DNA from: Candidatus Binatia bacterium
GTDB lineage: Bacteria > Desulfobacterota > Binatia > HRBIN30
Direction: 5' to 3'
DNA length: 64,000 nucleotides
NCBI GenBank assembly: GCA_026415395.1
Contig: JAOAHD010000003.1
Span: 57,227 to 121,226 of the forward strand
Part shown: positions 56,366-64,000 of the stretch, one piece after another
Layout: the number at the start of each line of letters is the position of its first letter
Position numbering within the stretch: position 1 is the stretch's first letter
The notes under the pieces: generated by a model
What the model was told of the DNA's origin: nothing
The model's input: only the letters and a program-made list of their open reading frames with translations
Database searches by the model: none
Position numbers and translations under genes: made by a program

Positions 56366-58696
56366 ATGGCACAAGTAGTGCGGGGACTCCTTGTTCTATG
56401 GTGTGGATTTCTGATCAGCGCGAGCGGTTGTCGGAGTGCACCACCCAGCCTTCCGGTGGGGAATATGACCAACGAACCGCAAGCTGTATTCCAGGCGGCC
56501 CGCTTTCATGTGTTGTTCCTCAACGGCGGTGGAACAAAGGAGCAAAATTACCAGTCGCATTTGTTACATCTCACGCACATGGCGGCATTGTTGCGTGCTG
56601 CTGGAGTGCCGGTTGAGAATTTTACGATTCTCAGCGGGGATGGTGAGGACGCCGCAGCCGATCTCGCGGTTCGCCCCCGCAGTCGGCTGGGGAAGAGATT
56701 TTGGCTTGTGGAGCATAGCCCTGGTGCGGCTTGGCTTCGCCCGCCGCTGAAGTTCGAGAACAGTACGCTGGCCCCCTTTCCTTTGCTGCCGGCAACGCGA
56801 GGGGTGTTGGCGAGCTGGTTTGCGCAAGCGAAGTCGCGCTTGAAACCGGGAGACACGCTTTTTTTGTTCGTCACGGACCATGGCACGAAGAACGAGGAGA
56901 ACCCAGACAACAATTTCATTGTTTTGTGGGGGAAGGATGCACGCCTCTCTGTGGAGGATCTCCAGGCCCTCATCGCCCAGCTCGATCCTGAGGTTCGGGT
57001 CGTCATGGTGATGTCTCAGTGCTTCTCGGGTTCTTTTGCGCGATTAATGCTCACCAACGGAAACGAGCCCGCGGGCAACGTGTGCGGATATTTTTCCTCT
57101 ACCAAAGAGCGCCCTGCCTACGGCTGCTACCCGGAGAACATGGGGCGCAATAACATAGGCCACGCGTTTCAGTTGATGCATGCGTGGTCGCGGGTTGGCA
57201 ACCTCATCGAGGCTCATGAGATCGCTCTCGTGAGCGACGACACACCGGATGTGCCGCTGCGAACTTCGGAGTTGTACCTCGAATCGATTTTGCGGAAACG
57301 CGCAGCCGCGAAGGGAGTGGCTGTTGATTCCCTCGTGGACGAGCTCCTCGCTCAAGCCTGGCGCGATAAGGCCAAGTGGGAATCGAAACTGCGGCTTCTC
57401 GACCGGATCGGGCAGGCGTACGGGATGTTTTCGCCACGGTCTTTGGCAGAGCTTTCGGAGCGCACCGCCGCTCTGCCCGACTTAGCGGAGCAGTTGCAGA
57501 ACGTGAGCCGCGCATGGCGTGGGGCTTGGCAAGATGCCAGTACCGCGAATTGGGAACGCTTTTTGGAACACCAGGGAGAATGGAGGACGCGCCTCGCTGC
57601 AATGGATCCGGCAAAACTCTCGGTCACTGACCGCGAGGCGTTGGCGCGAGAGCTCCTCCCAGCCCTGGAGGCCTTTACCAGGGAGCGTTCGGATGTTTGG
57701 ACGCGCTTGAGCCGTTTGCGAGCGAACAGTCGAGACGCGCAGGCAGCGAGCTATCGCATGGAGGTGCGTCAGGGCGTGCTACTCCGGATGCGCTCTGTGC
57801 TCGTGCAAGTTGCAGGTCTGCACTACCTTGACACCGAGGGAAGCCCAGGGGAGCAACGTGCTTATGGTGCGCTGGTGGCTTGCGAGGAGGTTGTGCTGCC
57901 AAAAGGCAACCTTCCGCAGCCAGGCGTCCGCGTGGCAGCCCAATTTCCGCAATTCATGGAAGATGCGCGCCGGGCGCGGGCCTCGCTGCCCGCTTGGATG
58001 GGGATCCAGTTCCGAGCGCCCAACGAGGAGATGATAAGACGCAAAGGATTGCCTGCAGGCGCTGCCGCCGTGATCACGGTGTACCCAAATTCTCCGGCCG
58101 AGACCGCCGGGCTTCAGCAAGGAGACATCGTGCTCGGCCCTCCTGGGCAACCGTTTACCGAACGTGGACAAGTGAGAAGCTGGATCATGCTCTCAAAACC
58201 GGGTGAGACGTTGGAGTTAGAGATCCTCCGGGGCAACGAGCGGAAAACCATTCAGTTGGTCGCGGGCACGTATCCTCTTCGCTGGCCCACTTTACCTGGG
58301 CCCCCGCAAGTGGGCAGTGTGGCTCCGCCGTTGGAGGTAGAGACCTATCGCGGACAAGTGCCGAGGCAGCTTTCCGGAGGCCAAGCACATGTGCTTTTCT
58401 TTTGGGCCACATGGTGTGCGGCTTGCAAAGCCTCGCTCGCCGAGCTCACGGAGTTCGCCGCGGCGCGCGGTATCCGAGTCGTGGCCATTACTGATGAACC
58501 GCGCGCGCAGTTAGACCGCTTCTTTCAAACGTACCGTGGCCCGTTTCCCGAAGACGTCGCGATTGATGAGTACCGCAAGGCCTTTGTGGCTTACGGAGTG
58601 AGCGGGACTCCCACGTTCGTGCTGGTAAGCGGCGACGGACGCGTTTCCGCAGTGCGCGTTGGCTACGACGCGAAGCGAGGCCTCGGTCTCGAGTGA
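56366..58696 (+). CDS. Lipoprotein fusing a legumain-like peptidase C13 domain, a helical middle region, a PDZ domain and a TlpA-like CxxC thioredoxin domain
   Basis: Lipobox LISASGC. C13-like FHVLFLNGGG..NYQSH, the His site FVTDHGT and the Cys site MSQCFSGSF. PDZ GLPAGAAAVITVYPNSPAETAGLQQGDIVL. Thioredoxin FFWATWCAACK (58412-58426). Confidence 0.7.
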   Translation: MAQVVRGLLVLWCGFLISASGCRSAPPSLPVGNMTNEPQAVFQAARFHVLFLNGGGTKEQNYQSHLLHLTHMAALLRAAGVPVENFTILSGDGEDAAADLAVRPRSRLGKRFWLVEHSPGAAWLRPPLKFENSTLAPFPLLPATRGVLASWFAQAKSRLKPGDTLFLFVTDHGTKNEENPDNNFIVLWGKDARLSVEDLQALIAQLDPEVRVVMVMSQCFSGSFARLMLTNGNEPAGNVCGYFSSTKERPAYGCYPENMGRNNIGHAFQLMHAWSRVGNLIEAHEIALVSDDTPDVPLRTSELYLESILRKRAAAKGVAVDSLVDELLAQAWRDKAKWESKLRLLDRIGQAYGMFSPRSLAELSERTAALPDLAEQLQNVSRAWRGAWQDASTANWERFLEHQGEWRTRLAAMDPAKLSVTDREALARELLPALEAFTRERSDVWTRLSRLRANSRDAQAASYRMEVRQGVLLRMRSVLVQVAGLHYLDTEGSPGEQRAYGALVACEEVVLPKGNLPQPGVRVAAQFPQFMEDARRARASLPAWMGIQFRAPNEEMIRRKGLPAGAAAVITVYPNSPAETAGLQQGDIVLGPPGQPFTERGQVRSWIMLSKPGETLELEILRGNERKTIQLVAGTYPLRWPTLPGPPQVGSVAPPLEVETYRGQVPRQLSGGQAHVLFFWATWCAACKASLAELTEFAAARGIRVVAITDEPRAQLDRFFQTYRGPFPEDVAIDEYRKAFVAYGVSGTPTFVLVSGDGRVSAVRVGYDAKRGLGLE

Positions 58697-59709
58697 AGGA
58701 GATTGCGCTGGAGCCGCGGTACGATCAGTCCGCGCCGGATTTGCCTCTCGAGAGCGCGGGGAGGTTGTCACCTGAGCGAGTAGGCATCGTTCTGGTCGCG
58801 CTTTGCGCCGTGAACGGTGCCTTTGTACCTCCCGTCGCCAAGATCACGACTCGGGCTGCCGACCCGTTAGCGGTTACAATTGCCACCACGTGGTTGGCCG
58901 CAGCGACCGCCGTCGTCATCTTACTGGTGCGAAGAAGGCTCGCGGTATTTTTCCGACCAGCCGTGCTCTTTCCGTTAGCGGTTCTGGGTGCTCTGGGGAC
59001 CTCCGTGGCTTTTGTTTTGTTTTTCACCGGTGCGGCTCGTGCGAGCGCAATTGAGACGCTTTTGTGTTTGCAAATCGAACCTGTGTATTCTCTCTTGTTG
59101 TCGTGGTTGGTGCTCGGCATACGGCCGACTTGGGAACGAGTGGCGGCTACTGCCCTGATTCTGAGCGGGCTGTTCGTGGCCGTTGGCGTGCAGGGGTTCA
59201 GCGTTGGCTCTGGCACTTGGTACCTGCTTGCGACACCCCTGTGCTGGCAAGTCTCACACCTCGTGGTTGTCCGTTGGTTGCGTGGGCTGGAAGCAGTGGT
59301 GCTGACGGCTGCCCGTTATATCTGGGGAGCCGTTCTCCTTTCGTTATTCACCGGTAAGGGGCCGTTAGCGGGCATCGACCGACTCGACTCGTCCCCGTTC
59401 CCGTGGGGTTGGGTCGCACTGCAGGGAGTGGTTCTCAGTTACGGGGGCACAACCTTGTGGTACGGCGCGATCGCGAGGATAGATCTCGCCAGGGCGACGG
59501 TGCTCGTGGTGCCCACGGTGCCGGTGTTGTCGATCCTTGCGAGCTTTTTCCTGCTCGGCGAGGTACCCTCGATGCAACAACTTGCAGGGGCCGCGATCAC
59601 CAGTGTTGGTGTCTTCGCATTCGCACGCAAAGGCATTGAGGCAAGCGCGAGACCGCGCAGTGTGGGAGAGCCGGTGAGTGAAAATCGTCATACTCTCACG
59701 CCAGGCTGA
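58693..59709 (+). CDS. EamA/DMT family transporter
   Basis: About ten hydrophobic segments in two EamA-like halves. The GTG start overlaps the upstream stop (GTGA). Confidence 0.75.
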   Translation: MKEIALEPRYDQSAPDLPLESAGRLSPERVGIVLVALCAVNGAFVPPVAKITTRAADPLAVTIATTWLAAATAVVILLVRRRLAVFFRPAVLFPLAVLGALGTSVAFVLFFTGAARASAIETLLCLQIEPVYSLLLSWLVLGIRPTWERVAATALILSGLFVAVGVQGFSVGSGTWYLLATPLCWQVSHLVVVRWLRGLEAVVLTAARYIWGAVLLSLFTGKGPLAGIDRLDSSPFPWGWVALQGVVLSYGGTTLWYGAIARIDLARATVLVVPTVPVLSILASFFLLGEVPSMQQLAGAAITSVGVFAFARKGIEASARPRSVGEPVSENRHTLTPG

Positions 59710-61192
59710 TCAGAACGTTCTTAATTTGCGTGTACTCGATCAGTGCTTCCGCGCCCGCCTCGCGACCAACGCCGCTTTCCTTGAAGCCGCCAAACGGCAC
59801 CGTGTACGGCAGATTGCCATACGTGTTCACCCATACAAGGCCAGCTTGAAGCCGGTTTGCGAGCCGGTGAGCACGAGAGACGTTTGAGGTCCAAACCCCA
59901 GCCGCCAGTCCATAGCGTGTGTTGTTCGCGAGGGCGACTGCTTCCTCTTCGTTGTGAAAGCGGAAGACGGAAAGCACAGGACCAAAGATCTCCTCTTGGG
60001 CAACTCTCGAATTCGGCGGTACGTCGGCAAGGATGGACGGCGACAAGAAAAACCCAGGTTCGCGTTCCCCGCCGATACGCTGTCCACGGCACAGAAACGT
60101 AGCGCCCTCTTGCTCTGCTAGAGTTAGATAACTTTCCACGCGGGCACGATGCGCTTGCGAGATGAGCGGGCCGAGCGCAGTCGTCGGTGACAAGGGATCG
60201 CCAATGGGTAAGCCGGCACACAATGGGACGAATCGTTCAACAAACTCATGGAAGACGCTTTCGTGAACCAGGATTCGAGTCCCTGCAGCACAAGCTTGTC
60301 CGGACAAGGCGAGGCCGCCAAAGGCGATGTTGGTTACGGCGCGCTCGAGAGGAGCATCTTCAAACACAACCTGCGGTGATTTTCCTCCGAGCTCTAGAGT
60401 GATTTTTTTGAGATAGCGCCCAGCTAGCTCAGCGACGCGCCGACCCGTGGCACATCCACCCGTGAAGGAAATCTTATCGACGCCCGGATGCTCTACCAAC
60501 GCCTCGCCGGTCGTTGCCGATCCGGTGATCACGTTCACCACGCCTGGGGGCACGTCGGCCTCGCGGCACAGTTCGGCAAACCGTAACGTGGAGAGCGATC
60601 CCAGCTCCGAAGGTTTGAGAACCACGGTATTGCCTGTCGCCAAGGCAGGACCGAGCTTTGACCCGATAAACACCAACGGTGTGTTCTACGGTGTAATCGC
60701 GGCCACCACCCCGTAAGGCTCGCGCCGCTAGTAGTCCAGCGAATCGTCGCCGTTCGGCAGCGGCACGACCCACCCGTAGATCTTGTCGCACCACGACGCA
60801 TAGTACTCGAGATTGCGAATCAGGGCCTTTACCCCGAAGTTACGGGCTACCGTTTGTACCATGCCCACATCTAGGGACTCGATCAAATCAAGCTCCTCCC
60901 GGTGGGCGTCCGCGGCAGCAGCCAGCCGTTCCAACACGCGGCGGCGTTCAGTTGGTGGTGCCTTTCGCCAGTGGCGTTCGAAGGCTTGTCGGGCAGCTTG
61001 CACGGCGCAGTCAACGTCCTCACGGTCGGCGTCGGCGATTTCACCCCAGACCTCACCGGTTGTTGGGTCTTGTACCGGGAGCCGGGCACTACTGTGTGGT
61101 GCTTGCCACGACCCGTTCGCGAACAGCCGGGGCTCAGGAGCAAAAGCAAGCTTGGCTCGTTCGCTCGCGTGATCGATCATAACGGCATCCAA
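59696..61192 (-). pseudogene. Aldehyde dehydrogenase interrupted by two in-frame TAG codons (60728-60730 and 60686-60688); frame otherwise intact
   Basis: The continuous translation reads ...[44 protein letters not shown]... It then has ELGGKSP, GQACAAGTR and EEIFGPV. The second TAG sits at the conserved aromatic (W/F) of ITP[WF]N. Confidence 0.75.
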
Positions 61193-61194
61193 GC

Positions 61195-62307
61195 TTATGG
61201 GCGAATTGCGATTCGTTTGTAGGAACCCTGTCCGGCGGAGCCGGCGGCGGCAGCGGTGAAAGCTGCGTTGATCTCGTCCAGTGGAAAAACCTCGGCGGCA
61301 ATATTGTGTAGCGGGTAGCCATGGCGCCCGCGCTGCAGAAACTGGAGAGCCTTCAGCAGTGAGTGGGCCGGATAGAGTGAGACGCCAACGATCGAGCGGT
61401 TAGGTCCGATCAGCAAGGAAGGGTCAGCGGCAAAGGTTCACCCGGGAACAACACTGCCAAGTGCCAGATACCGACCTCCGCGGCTGAGCATGCGAATCCC
61501 TTCTGGATAGGGCTCGGGTGTGCCCGCAACTTCGACGACGACGTCGGCTCCCCAGCCCCCGGTAAGTCGTAGGACCTCGGCGGTGCGTGCTCGGGGATCA
61601 GGCTGCTCCTTCAGGTCGATCACCGAGTCGGCGCCGAGCGAGCATGCCAGCGACAGTCGGGCCTGGTTGCCGTCGATCACGATCACGGGGTGCGCGCCGA
61701 GCTCCTTGGCTACCGCAACTGCGTACAAGCCGAGCCCACCGGCTCCCTGGATCGCAGCCGATTCGCCCCATTGGAGAGCGACTCGCTCGAAGCCGAAGAT
61801 TAGCTGTGCAAGGGCACAATTTGCTCCTGCAAGTTCTTCATCACGGATTTCGTCCGGAGCACGAAAGCGCGGCTGTTCCTTGCGGATCAAGTAGTAGTCC
61901 GCGAATCCACCGACGAAGTGTGGAGTGACTTCACACGGGCGGTGCACCGTCGCAAGGCTCATCGCGCACGCGTAAGATCGCCCGCGCAAGCAAGCAGGAC
62001 AGCTCTGGCACGGCACGTAATAAACCCAAACGATGCGGTCCCCCTTTCGGAGCGGGGCTCCCGCAGAATCCGTTTCCGCTCCCGGTCCGCACTTTGCCAC
62101 GACACCAGTAGCTTCGTGCCCGAGTACGGTAGCACGCAGCCGACCCATACGTTCCATCTCCCCTTGCCACAGGTGCACGTCGGACCCGCAGATGTTCGCT
62201 TGCCGGATGCGCACGAGGACCTCGCCTGGTCCCGGAAGAGAAAATCATCGTAATTCTAAAGAACGCCGAGGTCCAACCAACACTGCCGCTCGCGCTGTCG
62301 TTGTCAT
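61195..62307 (-). pseudogene. Zn-dependent MDR alcohol dehydrogenase interrupted by two in-frame TGA codons (62245-62247 and 61438-61440); frame otherwise intact
   Basis: GAAGGAGG RBS plus the ATG at 62307. The translation is MTTTARAAVLVGPRRSLELR*FSLPGPGEVLVRIRQANICGSDVHLW...GHEATGVV...LALGSVVPG*TFAADPSLLIGPNRSIVGV...FPLDEINAAF. Confidence 0.75.
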
Positions 62308-62358
62308 CGGGTACCTTGCCTCCTTCGAGCCAGGGGGCCGCCGTACCGAGGGCCACAA

Positions 62359-63549
62359 CTACGTTTCGCTTAGGCCGGTCAGCAGTCGTGAAATGATGCG
62401 CCGTTGGATTTGCCCGGTGCCTTCCACGATGTCCATGGCTTTTACGTCGCGGAACCACGTTTCCACCAGCCCGTCCTTGGTAGCACCAAGGTCTCCAAGA
62501 ATTTCCATGGCTAGGCTTGTGACCTCTTGCGCAATTTGGGGGCAGTATGCTTTGGCCATCGAGGCTTCCAGGATGTTTGGCTGGCGAGTGTCCGCAAGGT
62601 AGGCGGCGCGCCAACACAACATCCGCCCGGAGACAATTTTTCGCTCCATCCAAGCAAGTTTATCCAGAGCCCGCCGGTACCAAGGACTGACGCGAGACCT
62701 GGGGCGGATCGAGCGGACGAACTCCATTGCTCGATCGTAGGCTGCTTGGGCAATGCCGATCGCCATCGCAGCCACGATCGGACGGGTGGCGTTAAAGCTC
62801 TCCATTGCGCCCTTGAAGCCAGAGCGTTCGCGGTACGCTGCTTCTCCCCCGAGCAAGTTCGCGGCCGGCACACAACAGTCTTCGAACACGAGTGCAGCGC
62901 TTTCATAAGCCACGAGACCCATTTTGTTCTCGATCCTAGCCACGCGGAATCCGGGTGTGCCGCGTTCCACCACGAAGGCGCGATGCCCGTCCCGCCCTAA
63001 AGCCGGATCCACGGTAGCCCATACGACGACCCAATCGGCGCGCGCTCCGTTCGAGCAGAACATCTTCTCGCCATTGAGAATCTACACGTCTCCCTCTCGC
63101 CGCGCGCGGGTGGAAATTGCTGCGACGTCTGAGCCAGCGCCGGGTTCGGTCATGGCGAACGCGCCCCAATGAGGCCGCGCTGGGTCGTTGAACACAGCAA
63201 AGAACCGCTCCTTCTGTTCTGGAGTTCCCAGCAGCGTAATCGGTGGGCCGCCGAGGCCAGGCCCCGGCAAGGACACCGCTACGCCCCGATCCCAGTACGC
63301 CATCTCCTCCGCCAGGATGACCCCGCGGCGTGCCGCTCGTCGTGCGGCGGCCGACGTGCTGGCTTCCTCACCCCAGCCGCGACGGCCGATTCCGAGGTCC
63401 CACACCAGTTTGTAAAATGGGCGGTCTCCTGGGATCGGCTCGTGCTTGCGGTCGGCCTCAAGGCCGAGTGGGCGCATGTGTTCGCGACCGAGCCAGCGGA
63501 CCATTTCGACAAGGCGTTGTGTGTCGGTGTCGATCTCGAGTTGCAGCAT
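62359..63549 (-). pseudogene. Acyl-CoA dehydrogenase interrupted by one in-frame TAG (63082-63084); frame otherwise intact
   Basis: ...[37 protein letters not shown]... The stop sits where ACADs carry Y/W in G-D-x-[YW]-x-L-N-G. The C-terminal half is full length. Confidence 0.75.
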
Positions 63550-63572
63550 ATCTGCGTTCGGATACGGCGCGG

Positions 63573-64000
63573 TTAGGCGACTGCCCGTTCGGACTGCAGA
63601 TCCCGCAACGCGGGGATCACGTACCGTTGCATCAGTTCCATGCTGTGCAGGACCTTGCGGTGGTCGAGGCCGCCCAGGCGCGTCCAGCACAACAACGTCG
63701 TGAACCCGAATAACGAGTGGAGCTGGCGAATCCGTTCGACGCATTCAATCGGTGAGCCGCAGACAACTGCACCGGCCATTTGTAATTGCTCCCACGTGAC
63801 CTGTGCTGCCATGTCCCGTACGCCCACGTACGGTTCATAGGTCTTAATCGGTTGTTCACACGGCGGCGGGGCAATGTACTTGGCGAACGTTCGGTAGTAC
63901 CAGATCACCGGATCGGCAAAGTCGCGGGCGGCCTGCTCTGCACTATCCCCCACGTAGATCATGATGAGCGCTGCCACTTGTTTGTTCGCCGGATCGTGGC
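63573..64000 (-). CDS. LLM-class (luciferase-like) oxidoreductase, C-terminal part; 5' end lies outside the window
   Basis: The frame is open to base 64000 (HDPANKQVAALIMIYVGDS...). The C-terminal pattern GSPIECVERIRQL...FGFTTLLCW is typical of LLM proteins. TAA stop at 63573-63575. Confidence 0.7.
   Translation of the reverse strand, partial: HDPANKQVAALIMIYVGDSAEQAARDFADPVIWYYRTFAKYIAPPPCEQPIKTYEPYVGVRDMAAQVTWEQLQMAGAVVCGSPIECVERIRQLHSLFGFTTLLCWTRLGGLDHRKVLHSMELMQRYVIPALRDLQSERAVA

Noticed and set aside
61438-62247. The in-frame TGA codons in the ADH could encode selenocysteine, or TGA/TAG could be globally reassigned
   Set aside because: MDR alcohol dehydrogenases are not known selenoproteins, and I saw no obvious SECIS-like hairpin directly after either TGA. 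Conserved genes in this same window terminate normally on all three stops. TGA ends the thiolase at 574-576, dnaE and the NUDIX gene. TAG ends hflX, guaA and guaB. TAA ends the LolA-like gene. Genome-wide recoding is therefore not supported.

Overview
GC-rich bacterial chromosome segment, apparently from a Gram-negative organism (it encodes OmpA-family, LolA-like and DUF1329 envelope proteins). I saw no rRNA, CRISPR array, transposase or integrase. The window falls into three blocks.

(1) 1-21.9 kb is mostly housekeeping. It holds the 3' end of a thiolase, an acyl-CoA dehydrogenase, a NUDIX hydrolase, a CDP-alcohol phosphatidyltransferase and two-component proteins. It also holds hflX-dnaE-guaA-guaB, der, a PAS/GAF histidine kinase, mgtE behind a long structured leader, and tRNA-Arg(CCT).

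(2) 22-24 kb encodes one large secreted beta-helix protein with cohesin-like and dockerin-like domains.

(3) 25.5-64 kb is a dense catabolic region for lipid or other hydrophobic substrates. It contains two DUF35 OB-fold proteins, two thiolase-like proteins, crotonases, four ANL acyl-CoA ligases, a P450 with a 3Fe-4S ferredoxin and two TetR regulators. It also contains LLM oxidoreductases, aldehyde and alcohol dehydrogenases, amidohydrolases and SDRs.

Points most worth a second look:
- Three consecutive minus-strand genes at 59.7-63.5 kb (ALDH, Zn-ADH, ACAD) carry five in-frame stop codons and no frameshift.
- A 22-nt promoter/operator sequence recurs almost exactly at 26977 and 32853, linking the DUF35/thiolase-like operon to the TetR-P450 operon.
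- Both thiolase-like proteins appear to lack canonical thiolase catalytic residues.
- A lipoprotein fuses a legumain-like C13 peptidase, a PDZ domain and a CxxC thioredoxin.
- A 544-aa protein looks like a tandem PqqC/TenA-like (heme-oxygenase-fold) duplication.

All functional calls come from reading motifs in the supplied translations. No database search was run.
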